Part shown: positions 42,801-56,000 of the stretch, in pieces
Layout of the letters: each line of letters starts with the position of its first letter
Numbering within the stretch: position 1 is the stretch's first letter
NCBI GenBank assembly: GCA_964016885.1
Contig: OZ024742.1
Coordinates: 168,888,001 to 168,952,000, forward strand
Reading direction: 5' to 3'
DNA length: 64,000 nt
Source of the DNA: Eledone cirrhosa
Taxonomy: Eukaryota
Translations under genes and position numbers: made by a program
The notes under the pieces: model-generated
What the model was told of the DNA's origin: nothing
What the model saw: the letters and a program-made list of their open reading frames with translations, nothing else
Databases searched by the model: none

Positions 42801-43982
42801 CTGGAAATTATAGCCTCTTGGAGGGCTGGAAATTATCTTCCCTTGGACGGCTGGAAATTATCTCTGCTTGATTTTTTTTACAAATTATCTCCCCCTGATT
42901 TTTTTTTACAAATTATCCCCCCCGATTTTTTTTACAAATTATCTCCCCCTGATTTTTTTTACAAATTATCTCCCCTTGGACGGCTGGAAATTATCTCCCC
43001 TTGGACGGCTGGAAATTATCTCCCCTTGGACGGCTAGAAGTTACCTCTCCTTGGACGACTGAAAATTATCTCCCCTTGGACGGCTGCAAATTATCTCCCC
43101 TTGATTTTTTTTACAAATTATCTCCGCCTGATTTTTTTTTTAAAATTATCTCCCCTTGGACGGCTGGAAATTACCTCCCCTTGGACGGCTGGAAATTATC
43201 TCCTTGGACGGCTAGAAATTACCTCTCATTGGACGGCTGAAAATTATCTCCCCTTGGACGGCTGGAAATTATCTCCCCTTGATTTTTTTTACAAATTATC
43301 TCCCCCTGATTTTTTTTTACAAATTATCTCCCCCTGATTTTTTTTTTACAAATTATCTCCGCCTGATTTTTTTTTAAATTATCTCTCCTTGGACGGCTGG
43401 ATATTATCTCCCCTTTCATTTTTTTTACAAATTATCTCCCCCTGATTTTTTTTTACAAATTATCTCCCCCTGATTTTTTTTTACAAATTATCTCCCCCTG
43501 ATTTTTTTTTACAAATTATCTCCCCCTGATTTTTTTTTACAAATTATCTACCCCTGATTTTTTTTTACAAATTATCTCCCCCTGATTTTTTTTACAAATT
43601 ATCTCTCCCTGATTTTTTTTTACAAATTATCTCCCCCTGATTTTTTTTTACAAATTATCTACCCCTGATTTTTTTTTACAAATTATCTCCCCCTGATTTT
43701 TTTTACAAATTATCTCCCCCTGATTTTTTTACAAATTATCTCCCCCCGATTTTTTTTACAAATTATCTCCGCCTAATTTTTTTAAATATTATCTTCCCTT
43801 GGCTGGCGGGAAATTATCTCCCCTTGGACGGCTGAAAATTATCTCCCCTTGGACGGCTGGAAATTATCTCCCCTTGATTTTTTTACAAATTATCTCCCCC
43901 TGATTATTTTTTACAAATTATCTCCCCCTGATTTTTTTTTACAAATTATCTCCCTCTGATTTTTTTTACAAATTATCTCCCC
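36849..43982. repeat. HOR copy 3, 7,134 bp (short variant): a b a' b' c d e d' e g h
   Basis: Module starts at 36849, 37261, 37971, 38383, 39715, 40285, 40982, 41552 and 42222. Confidence 0.87.
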
Positions 43983-46900
43983 TTGGCTGGCTGGAAATTA
44001 TCTCCCCTTGGAGGCTGGAATTTATCTCCCCTTGGACGGTTAGAAATTACCTCTCCTTGGACTGCTGGAAAATATGTCTCCTTGGACGGCTGGAAATTAT
44101 CTCCCCTTGGACGGCTGGAAATTATCTCCCCTTGGACGGCTGGAAATTATCTCTCCTCGGACGACTAGAAATTACCTCTCCTTGGACAGCTGAAAATTAT
44201 CTCCCCTTGGACGGCTGGAAATTATCTCCCCTTGATTTTTTTTACAAATTATCTCCCCCTGATTTTTTTTTACAAATTATCTCCCCCTGATTTTTTTTTA
44301 CAAATTATCTCCCCCTGATTTTTTTTACAAATTATCTCCCCCTGATATTTTTTACAGATTATCTCCCCCTGATTTTTTTACAAATTATCTCCCCTTGGCT
44401 GGCTGGAAATTATCTCCCCTTGGAGGCTGGAATTTATCTCCCCTTGGACGGCTAGAAATTACCTCGCCTTGGACGGCTGGAAAATATGTCTCCTTGGACG
44501 GCTGGAAATTATCTCCCCTTGGACGGCTGGAAATTATCTCCCCTTGGACGGCTAGATATTACCTCCCCTTGGACGGCTGGAAATTATCTCCCCTTGATTT
44601 TTTTTACAAATTATCTCCCCCTGATTTTTTTTTACAAATTATCTCCCCCTGATTTTTTTTTACAAATTATCTACCCCTGATTTTTTTTTACAAATTATCT
44701 CCCCCTGATTTTTTTTACAAATTATCTCTCCCTGATTTTTTTTTACAAATTATCTCCCCCTCATTTTTTTTTACAAATTATCTACCCCTGATTTTTTTTT
44801 ACAAATTATCTCCCCCTGATTTTTTTTACAAATTATCTCCCCCTGATTTTTTTTACAAATTATCTCCCCCTGATTTTTTTACAAATTATCTCCCCCCGAT
44901 TTTTTTTACAAATTATCTCCGCCTAATTTTTTTAAATATTATCTTCCCTTGGCTGGCGGGAAATTATCTCCCCTTGGACGGCTGAAAATTATCTCCCCTT
45001 GGACGGCTGGAAATTATCTCCCCTTGATTTTTTTACAAATTATCTCACCCTGATTATTTTTTACAAATTATCTCCCCCTGATTTTTTTTTACAAATTATC
45101 TCCCCCTGATTTTTTTTACAAATTATCTCCGCCTGATTTTTTTAAATATTATCTTCCCTTGGCTGGCGGGAAATTATCTCCCCTTGGACGGCTGAAAATT
45201 ATCTCCCCTTGGACGGCTGGAAATTATCTCCCCTTGATTTTTTTTACAAATTATCTCCCCCTGATTTTTTTTTACAAATTATCTCCCCCTGATTTTTTTT
45301 TACAAATTATCTCCCCCTGATTTTTTTTTACAAATTATCTGCCCCTGATTTTTTTTACAAATTATCTCCCCCTGATTTTTTTACAAATTATCTTCCCTTG
45401 GCTGGCTGGAAATTATCTCCCCTTGGAGGCTGGAATTTATCTCCCCTTGGACGGCTAGAAATTACCTCTCCTTGGACGGCTGGAAAATATTTCTCCTTGG
45501 ACGGCTGGATATTATCTACCCTTGGACGGGTGGAAATTATCTCCCCTTGGACGGCTGGAAATTATCTCCCCTTGGACGGCTAGATATTACCTCCCCTTGG
45601 ACGGCTGGAAATTATCTCCCCTTGATTTTTTTTACAAATTATCTCCCCCTGATTTTTTTTTTACAAATTATCTCCCCCTGATTTTTTTACAAATTATCTC
45701 CCCCTGATTTTTTTTACAAATTATCTGCGCCTGATTTTTTTAAATATTATCTTCCCTTGGCTGGCGGGAAATTATCTCCCCTTGGACGGCTGAAAATTAT
45801 CTCCCCTTGGACGGCTGGAAATTATCTCCCCTTGATTTTTTTTACAAATTATCTCCCCCTGATTATTTTTTACAAATTATCTTTCCCTGATTTTTTTTTA
45901 CAAATTATCTCCCCCTGATTTTTTTTACAAATTATCTCCCCCTGATTTTTTTACAAATTATCTCCCCTTGGCTGGCTGGAAATTATCTCCCCTTGGTGGC
46001 TGGAATTTATCTCCCCTTGGACGGCTGGAAATTATCTCTCCTTGGACGGCTAGTAATTACCTCTCCTTGGACGGCTGGAAAATATGTCTCGTTGGAGGGC
46101 TGGAAATTATCTCCCCTTGGACGGCTGGAAATTATCTCCCCTTGGACGGCTGGAAATTATCTCTCCTTGGACGGCTAGAAATTACCTCTCCTTGGACGGC
46201 TGAAAATTATCTCTCCTTGGACGGCTGGAAATTATCTCCCCTTGGACGGCTAGATATTACCTCCCCTTGGACGGCTGGAAATTATCTCCCCTTGATTTTT
46301 TTTACAAATTATCTCCCCCTGATTTTTTTTACAAATTATCTACACCTGATTTTTTTACAAATTATCTCCCCCTGATTTTTTTTACAAATTATCTCCGCCT
46401 AATTTTTTTAAATATTATCTTCCCTTGGCTGGCGGGAAATTATCTCCCCTTGGACGGCTGAAAATTATCTCCCCTTGGACGGCTGGAAATTATCTCCCCT
46501 TGATTTTTTTTACAAATTATCTCCCCCTGATTTTTTTTTACAAATTATCTCCCCCTGATTTTTTTTTACAAATTATCTCCCCCTGATTTTTTTTTACAAA
46601 TTATCTCCCCCTGATTTTTTTTACAAATTATCTCCCCCTGATATTTTTTACAAATTATCTCCCCCTGATTTTTTTACAAATTATCTCCCCTTGGCTGGCT
46701 GGAAATTATCTCCCCTTGGAGGCTGGAATTTATCTCCCCTTGGACGGCTAGAAATTACCTCGCCTTGGACGGCTGGAAAATATGTCTCCTTGGACGGCTG
46801 GAAATTATCTCCCCTTGGACGGCTGGAAATTATCTCCCCTTGGACGGCTGGATATTATCTACCCTTGGACGGCTAGATATTACCTCCCCTTTGATGGCTG

Positions 46901-49900
46901 GAAATTATCTCCCCTTGATTTTTTTTACAAATTATCTCCCCCTGATTTTTTTTTACAAATTATCTCCCCCTGATTTTTTTTTACAAATTATCTACCCCTG
47001 ATTTTTTTTTACAAATTATCTCCCCCTGATTTTTTTTACAAAATTATCTCTCCCTGATTTTTTTTTACAAATTATCTCCCCCTGATTTTTTTTTACAAAC
47101 TATCTACCCCTGATTTTTTTTTACAAATTATCTCCCCCTGATTTTTTTTACAAATTATCTCCCCCTGATTTTTTTACAAATTATCTCCCCCCGATTTTTT
47201 TTACAAATTATCTCCGCCTAATTTTTTTAAATATTATCTTCCCTTGGCTGGCGGGAAATTATCTCCCCTTGGACGGCTGAAAATTATCTCCCCTTGGACG
47301 GCTGGAAATTATCTCCCCTTGATTTTTTTACAAATTATCTCCCCCTGATTATTTTTTACAAATTATCTCCCCCTGATTTTTTTTTACAAATTATCTCCCT
47401 CTGATTTTTTTACAAATTATCTCCCCTTGGCTGGCTGGAAATTATCTCCCCTTGGAGGCTGGAATTTATCTCCCCTTGGACGGTTAGAAATTACCTCTCC
47501 TTGGACTGCTGGAAAATATGTCTCCTTGGACGGCTGGAAATTATCTCCCCTTGGACGGCTGGAAATTATCTCCCCTTGGACGGCTGGAAATTATCTCTCC
47601 TCGGACGACTAGAAATTACCTCTCCTTGGACAGCTGAAAATTATCTCCCCTTGGACGGCTGGAAATTATCTCCCCTTGATTTTTTTTACAAATTATCTCC
47701 CCCTGATTTTTTTTTACAAATTATCTCCCCCTGATTTTTTTTTACAAATTATCTCCCCCTGATTTTTTTTACAAATTATCTCCCCCTGATATTTTTTACA
47801 AATTATCTCCCCCTGATTTTTTTACAAATTATCTCCCCTTGGCTGGCTGGAAATTATCTCCCCTTGGAGGCTGGAATTTATCTCCCCTTGGACGGCTAGA
47901 AATTACCTCGCCTTGGACGGCTGGAAAATATGTCTCCTTGGACGGCTGGAAATTATCTCCCCTTGGACGGCTGGAAATTATCTCCCCTTGGACGGCTAGA
48001 TATTACCTCCCCTTGGACGGCTGGAAATTATCTCCCCTTGATTTTTTTTACAAATTATCTCCCCCTGATTTTTTTTTACAAATTATCTCCCCCTGATTTT
48101 TTTTTACAAATTATCTACCCCTGATTTTTTTTACAAATTATCTCCCCCTGATTTTTTTTACAAATTATCTCTCCCTGATTTTTTTTTACAAATTATCTCC
48201 CCCTGATTTTTTTTTACAAATTATCTACCCCTGATTTTTTTTTACAAATTATCTCCCCCTGATTTTTTTTACAAATTATCTCCCCCTGATTTTTTTTACA
48301 AATTATCTCCCCCTGATTTTTTTACAAATTATCTCCCCCCGATTTTTTTTACAAATTATCTCCGCCTAATTTTTTTAAATATTATCTTCCCTTGGCTGGC
48401 GGGAAATTATCTCCCCTTGGACGGCTGAAAATTATCTCCCCTTGGACGGCTGGAAATTATCTCCCCTTGATTTTTTTACAAATTATCTCCCCCTGATTAT
48501 TTTTTACAAATTATCTCCCCCTGATTTTTTTTTACAAATTATCTCCCTCTGATTTTTTTTACAAATTATCTCCCCTTGGCTGGCTGGAAATTATCTCCCC
48601 TTGGAGGCTGGAATTTATCTCCCCTTGGACGGTTAGAAATTACCTCTCCTTGGACTGCTGGAAAATATGTCTCCTTGGACGGCTGGAAATTATCTCCCCT
48701 GGGACGGCTGGAAATTATCTCCCCTTGGACGGCTGGAAATTATCTCTCCTCGGACGACTAGAAATTACCTCTCCTTGGACAGCTGAAAATTATCTCCCCT
48801 TGGACGGCTGGAAATTATCTCCCCTTGATTTTTTTTACAAATTATCTCCCCCTGATTTTTTTTTACAAATTATCTCCCCCTGATTTTATTTTACAAATTA
48901 TCTCCCCCTGATTTTTTTTACAAATTATCTCCCCCTGATATTTTTTACAAATTATCTCCCCCTGATTTTTTTACAAATTATCTCCCCTTGGCTGGCTGGA
49001 AATTATCTCCCCTTGGAGGCTGGAATTTATCTCCCCTTGGACGGCTAGAAATTACCTCGCCTTGGACGGCTGGAAAATATGTCTCCTTGGACGGCTGGAA
49101 ATTATCTCCCCTTGGACGGCTGGAAATTATCTCCCCTTGGACGGCTGGAAATTATCTCCCCTTGGACGGCTAGATATTACCTCCCCTTGGACGGCTGGAA
49201 ATTATCTCCCCTTGATTTTTTTTACAAATTATCTCCCCCTGATTTTTTTTTACAAATTATCTCCCTGATTTTTTTTTACGAATTATCTCCCCCTGATTTT
49301 TTTTTACAAATTATCTCCGCCTGATTTTTTTTTAAAAATTATCTCCCCTTGAACGGCTGGAAATTATCTCCCCTTGGACGGCTGGAAATTATCTCCCCTT
49401 GGACGGCTAGAAATTACCTCTCCTTGGACGGCTGAAAATTATCTCCCCTTGGACGGCTGCAAATTATCTCCCCTTGATTTTTTAACAAATTATCTCCCCC
49501 TGATTTTTTTTTACAAATTATCTCCCCCTGATTTTTTTTTACAAATTATCTACGCCTAAGTTTTTTTACAAATTATCTCCCCCTGATTTTTTTTTACAAA
49601 TTATTTCCCCCTGATTTTTTTACAAATTATCTCCCCCCTGATTTTTTTTACAATCTCCGCCTGATTTTTTAAAAAATTATCTTCCCTTGGCTGGCGAGAA
49701 ATTATCTCCCCTTGGACGGCTGGAAATTATATCCCCTTGGACGGCTGGAAATTACCTCCCCTTGGACAGCTGGAAATTATCTGCCCTTGATTTTGTTTTT
49801 ACAAATTATCTCCCCCTGATTTTTTTTACAAATTATCTCCACCTGATTTTTTAAAAAATTATCTCCCCTTGGACGGCTGGAAATTATCTCCCCTTGATTT

Positions 49901-52900
49901 TTTTACAAATTATCTCCCCCTGATTTTTTTTACAAATTATCTACCCCTGATTTTTTTTTTACAAATTATCTCCCCCTGATTTTTTTACAAATTATCTCCC
50001 CCTGATTTTTTTTACAAATTATCTCCGCCTGATTTTTTTAAATATTATCTTCCCTTGGCTGGCGGGAAATTATCTCCCCTTGGACGGCTGAAAATTATCT
50101 CCCCTTGGACGGCTGGAAATTATCTCCCCTTGATTTTTTTTACAAATTATCTCCCCCTGATTTTTTTTTACAAATTATCTCCCCCTGATTTTTTTTTACA
50201 AATTATCTGCCCCTGATTTTTTTTACAAATTATCTCCCCCTGATTTTTTTACAAATTATCTCCCCTTGGCTGGCTGGAAATTATCTCCCCTTGGAGGCTG
50301 GAATTTTATCTCCCCTTGGACGGCTAGAAATTACCTCTCCTTGGACGGCTGGAAAATATTTCTCCTTGGACGGCTGGATATTATCTACCCTTGGACGGGT
50401 GGAAATTATCTCCCCTTGGACGGCTGGAAATTATCTCCCCTTGGACGGCTAGATATTACCTCCCCTTGGACGGCTGTAAATTATCTCCCCTTGATTTTTT
50501 TTACAAATTATCTCCCCCTGATTTTTTTTTTACAAATTATCTCCCCCTGATTTTTTTACAAATTATCTCCCCCTGATTTTTTTTACAAATTATCTCCGCC
50601 TGATTTTTTTAAATATTATCTTCCCTTAGCTGGCGGGAAATTATCTCCCCTTGGACGGCTGAAAATTATCTCCCCTTGGACGGCTGGAAATTATCTCCCC
50701 TTGATTTTTTTTACAAATTATCTCCCCCTGATTATTTTTTACAAATTATCTTTCCCTGATTTTTTTTTACAAATTATCTCCCCCTGATTTTTTTTACAAA
50801 TTATCTCCCCCTGATTTTTTTACAAATTATCTCCCCTTGGCTGGCTGGAAATTATCTCCCCTTGGTGGCTGGAATTTATCTCCCCTTGGACGGCTGGAAA
50901 TTATCTCTCCTTGGACGGCTAGTAATTACCTCTCCTTGGACGGCTGGAAAATATGTCTCGTTGGAGGGCTGGAAATTATCTCCCCTTGGACGGCTGGAAA
51001 TTATCTCCCCTTGGACGGCTGGAAATTATCTCTCCTTGGACGGCTAGAAATTACCTCTCCTTGGACGGCTGAAAATTATCTCTCCTTGGACGGCTGGAAA
51101 TTATCTCCCCTTGGACGGCTAGATATTACCTCCCCTTGGACGGCTGGAAATTATCTCCCCTTGATTTTTTTTACAAATTATCTCCCCCTGATTTTTTTTA
51201 CAAATTATCTACACCTGATTTTTTTACAAATTATCTCCCCCTGATTTTTTTTACAAATTATCTCCGCCTAATTTTTTTAAATATTATCTTCCCTTGGCTG
51301 GCGGGAAATTATCTCCCCTTGGACGGCTGAAAATTATCTCCCCTTGGACGGCTGGAAATTATCTCCCCTTGATTTTTTTTACAAATTATCTCCCCCTGAT
51401 TTTTTTTTACAAATTATATCCCCCTGATTTTTTTTTACAAATTATCTCCCCCTGATTTTTTTTACAAATTATCTCCCCTTGGCTGGCTGGAAATTATCTC
51501 CCCTTGGAGGCTGGAATTTATCTCCCCTTGGACGGCTAGAAATTACCTCTCCTTGGACGGCTGGAAAATATGTCCTTGGACGGCTGGATATTATCTACCC
51601 TTGGACGGCTGGAAATTATCTCCCCTTGGACGGCTGGAAATTATCTCCCCTTGGACGGCTAGATATTATCTCCCCTTGGACGGCTGGAAATTATCTCCCC
51701 TTGATTTTTTTTACAAATTATCTCCCCCTGATTTTTTTTACAAATCTAATGATTTTTTAAAAAAAATTATCTCCCCTTCGCTGGCTGGAAATTATCTCCC
51801 CTTGGACGCTGGAAATTATAGCCCCTTGGAGGGCTGGAAATTATCTTCCCTTGGACGGCTGGAAATTATCTTCCCTTGGACGGCTGGAAATTATCTCCCC
51901 TTGGCTCGAAATTATCTCCCCTTGGACGGCTAGAAATTATCTCTCTTTGGACGGCTGGAAATTATCTCCCTTTGATTTTTTTTACAAATTATCTCCCCCT
52001 GATTTTTTTTACAAATCTCCCCCTGATTTTTAAAAAAAAATTATCTCCCCTTCGCTGGCTGGAAATTATCTCCCCTTGGACACTGGAAATTATAGCCTCT
52101 TGGAGGGCTGGAAATTATCTTCCCTTGGACGGCTGGAAATTATCTCCCCTTGGACGGCTGGAAATTATCTCCCCTTGGACGGCTAGAAGTTACCTCTCCT
52201 TGGACGACTGAAAATTATCTCCCCTTGGACGGCTGCAAATTATCTCCCCTTGATTTTTTTTACAAATTATCTCCGCCTGATTTTTTTTTTAAAATTATCT
52301 CCCCTTGGACGGCTGGAAATTACCTCCCCTTGGACGGCTGGAAATTATCTCCTTGGACGGCTAGAAATTACCTCTCATTGGACGGCTGAAAATTATCTCC
52401 CCTTGGACGGCTGGAAATTATCTCCCCTTGATTTTTTTTACAAATTATCTCCCCCTGATTTTTTTTTACAAATTATCTCCCCCTGATTTTTTTTTTACAA
52501 ATTATCTCCGCCTGATTTTTTTTTAAATTATCTCTCCTTGGACGGCTGGATATTATCTCCCCTTTCATTTTTTTTACAAATTATCTCCCCCTGATTTTTT
52601 TTTACAAATTATCTCCCCCTGATTTTTTTTTACAAATTATCTCCCCCTGATTTTTTTTTACAAATTATCTCCCCCTGATTTTTTTTTACAAATTATCTAC
52701 CCCTGATTTTTTTTTACAAATTATCTCCCCCTGATTTTTTTTACAAATTATCTCCCCCTGATTTTTTTACAAATTATCTCCCCCCGATTTTTTTTACAAA
52801 TTATCTCCGCCTAATTTTTTTAAATATTATCTTCCCTTGGCTGGCGGGAAATTATCTCCCCTTGGACGGCTGAAAATTATCTCCCCTTGGACGGCTGGAA

Positions 52901-53020
52901 ATTATCTCCCCTTGATTTTTTTACAAATTATCTCCCCCTGATTATTTTTTACAAATTATCTCCCCCTGATTTTTTTTTACAAATTATCTCCCTCTGATTT
53001 TTTTTACAAATTATCTCCCC
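43983..53020. repeat. HOR copy 4, 9,038 bp: a b d e f' a b a b' c d' e g h
   Basis: Module starts at 43983, 44395, 45398, 45968, 46691, 47427, 47839, 48576, 48988, 50266, 50837 and 51479. Confidence 0.87.
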
Positions 53021-56000
53021 TTGGCTGGCTGGAAATTATCTCCCCTTGGAGGCTGGAATTTATCTCCCCTTGGACGGTTAGAAATTACCTCTCCTTGGAC
53101 TGCTGGAAAATATGTCTCCTTGGACGGCTGGAAATTATCTCCCCTTGGACGGCTGGAAATTATCTCCCCTTGGACGGCTGGAAATTATCTCTCCTCGGAC
53201 GACTAGAAATTACCTCTCCTTGGACAGCTGAAAATTATCTCCCCTTGGACGGCTGGAAATTATCTCCCCTTGATTTTTTTTACAAATTATCTCCCCCTGA
53301 TTTTTTTTTACAAATTATCTCCCCCTGATTTTTTTTTACAAATTATCTCCCCCTGATTTTTTTTACAAATTATCTCCCCCTGATATTTTTTACAAATTAT
53401 CTCCCCCTGATTTTTTTACAAATTATCTCCCCTTGGCTGGCTGGAAATTATCTCCCCTTGGAGGCTGGAATTTATCTCCCCTTGGACGGCTAGAAATTAC
53501 CTCGCTTTGGACGGCTGGAAAATATGTCTCCTTGGACGGCTGGAAATTATCTCCCCTTGGACGGCTGGAAATTATCTCCCCTTGGACGGCTAGATATTAC
53601 CTCCTCTTGGACGGCTGGAAATTATCTCCCCTTGATTTTTTTTACAAATTATCTCCCCCTGATTTTTTTTTACAAATTATCTCCCCCTGATTTTTTTTTA
53701 CAAATTATCTACCGCTGATTTTTTTTTACAAATTATCTCCCCCTGATTTTTTTTACAAATTATCTCTCCCTGATTTTTTTTTACAAATTATCTCCCCCTG
53801 ATTTTTTTTTACAAATTATCTACCCCTGATTTTTTTTTACAAATTATCTCCCCCTGATTTTTTTTACAAATTATCTCCCCCTGATTTTTTTTACAAATTA
53901 TCTCCCCCTGATTTTTTTACAAATTATCTCCCCCCGATTTTTTTTACAAATTATCTCCGCCTAATTTTTTTAAATATTATCTTCCCTTGGCTGGCGGGAA
54001 ATTATCTCCCCTTGGACGGCTGAAAATTATCTCCCCTTGGACGGCTGGAAATTATCTCCCCTTGATTTTTTTACAAATTATCTCACCCTGATTATTTTTT
54101 ACAAATTATCTCCCCCTGATTTTTTTTTACAAATTATCTCCCTCTGATTTTTTTTACAAATTATCTCCCCTTGGCTGGCTGGAAATTATCTCCCCTTGGA
54201 GGCTGGAATTTATCTCCCCTTGGACGGTTAGAAATTACCTCTCCTTGGACTGCTGGAAAATAGGGTCTCCTTGGACGGCTGGAAATTATCTCCCCTGGGA
54301 CGGCTGGAAATTATCTCCCCTTGGACGGCTGGAAATTATCTCTCCTCGGACGACTAGAAATTACCTCTCCTTGGACAGCTGAAAATTATCTCCCCTTGGA
54401 AGGCTGGAAATTATCTCCCCTTGATTTTTTTTACAAATTATCTCCCCCTGATTTTTTTTTACAAATTATCTCCCCCTGATTTTATTTTACAAATTATCTC
54501 CCCCTGATTTTTTTACAAATTATCTCCCCCTGATATTTTTTACAAATTATCTCCCCCTGATTTTTTTACAAATTATCTCCCCTTGGCTGGCTGGAAATTA
54601 TCTCCCCTTGGAGGCTGGAATTTATCTCCCCTTGGACGGCTAGAAATTACCTCGCCTTGGACGGCTGGAAAATATGTCTCCTTGGACGGCTGGAAATTAT
54701 CTCCCCTTGGACGGCTGGAAATTATCTCCCCTTGGACGGCTGGAAATTATCTCCCCTTGGACGGCTAGATATTACCTCCCCTTGGACGGCTGGAAATTAT
54801 CTCCCCTTGATTTTTTTTACAAATTATCTCCCCCTGATTTTTTTTTACAAATTATCTCCCTGATTTTTTTTTACGAATTATCTCCCCCTGATTTTTTTTT
54901 ACAAATTATCTCCGCCTGATTTTTTTTTAAAAATTATCTCCCCTTGAACGGCTGGAAATTATCTCCCCTTGGACGGCTGGAAATTATCTCCCCTTGGACG
55001 GCTAGAAATTACCTCTCCTTGGACGGCTGAAAATTATCTCCCCTTGGACGGCTGCAAATTATCTCCCCTTGATTTTTTAACAAATTATCTCCCCCTGATT
55101 TTTTTTTACAAATTATCTCCCCCTGATTTTTTTTTACAAATTATCTACGCCTAAGTTTTTTTACAAATTATCTCCCCCTGATTTTTTTTTACAAATTATC
55201 TCCCCCTGATTTTTTTTACAAATTATCTCCCCCTGATTTTTTTTTACAAATTATTTCCCCCTGATTTTTTTACAAATTATCTCCCCCCTGATTTTTTTTA
55301 CAATCTCCGCCTGATTTTTTAAAAAATTATCTTCCCTTGGCTGGCGGGAAATTATCTCCCCTTGGACGGCTGGAAATTATATCCCCTTGGACGGCTGGAA
55401 ATTACCTCCCCTTGGACAGCTGGAAATTATCTGCCCTTGATTTTGTTTTTACAAATTATCTCCCCCTGATTTTTTTTACAAATTATCTCCACCTGATTTT
55501 TTAAAAAATTATCTCCCCTTGGACGGCTGGAAATTATCTCCCCTTGATTTTTTTACAAATTATCTCCCCCTGATTTTTTTTACAAATTATCTACCCCTGA
55601 TTTTTTTTTTACAAATTATCTCCCCCTGATTTTTTTACAAATTATCTCCCCCTGATTTTTTTTACAAATTATCTCCGCCTGATTTTTTTAAATATTATCT
55701 TCCCTTGGCTGGCGGGAAATTATCTCCCCTTGGACGGCTGAAAATTATCTCCCCTTGGACGGCTGGAAATTATCTCCCCTTGATTTTTTTTACAAATTAT
55801 CTCCCCCTGATTTTTTTTTACAAATTATCTCCCCCTGATTTTTTTTTACAAATTATCTCCCCCTGATTTTTTTTTACAAATTATCTGCCCCTGATTTTTT
55901 TTACAAATTATCTCCCCCTGATTTTTTTACAAATTATCTTCCCTTGGCTGGCTGGAAATTATCTCCCCTTGGAGGCTGGAATTTATCTCCCCTTGGACGG

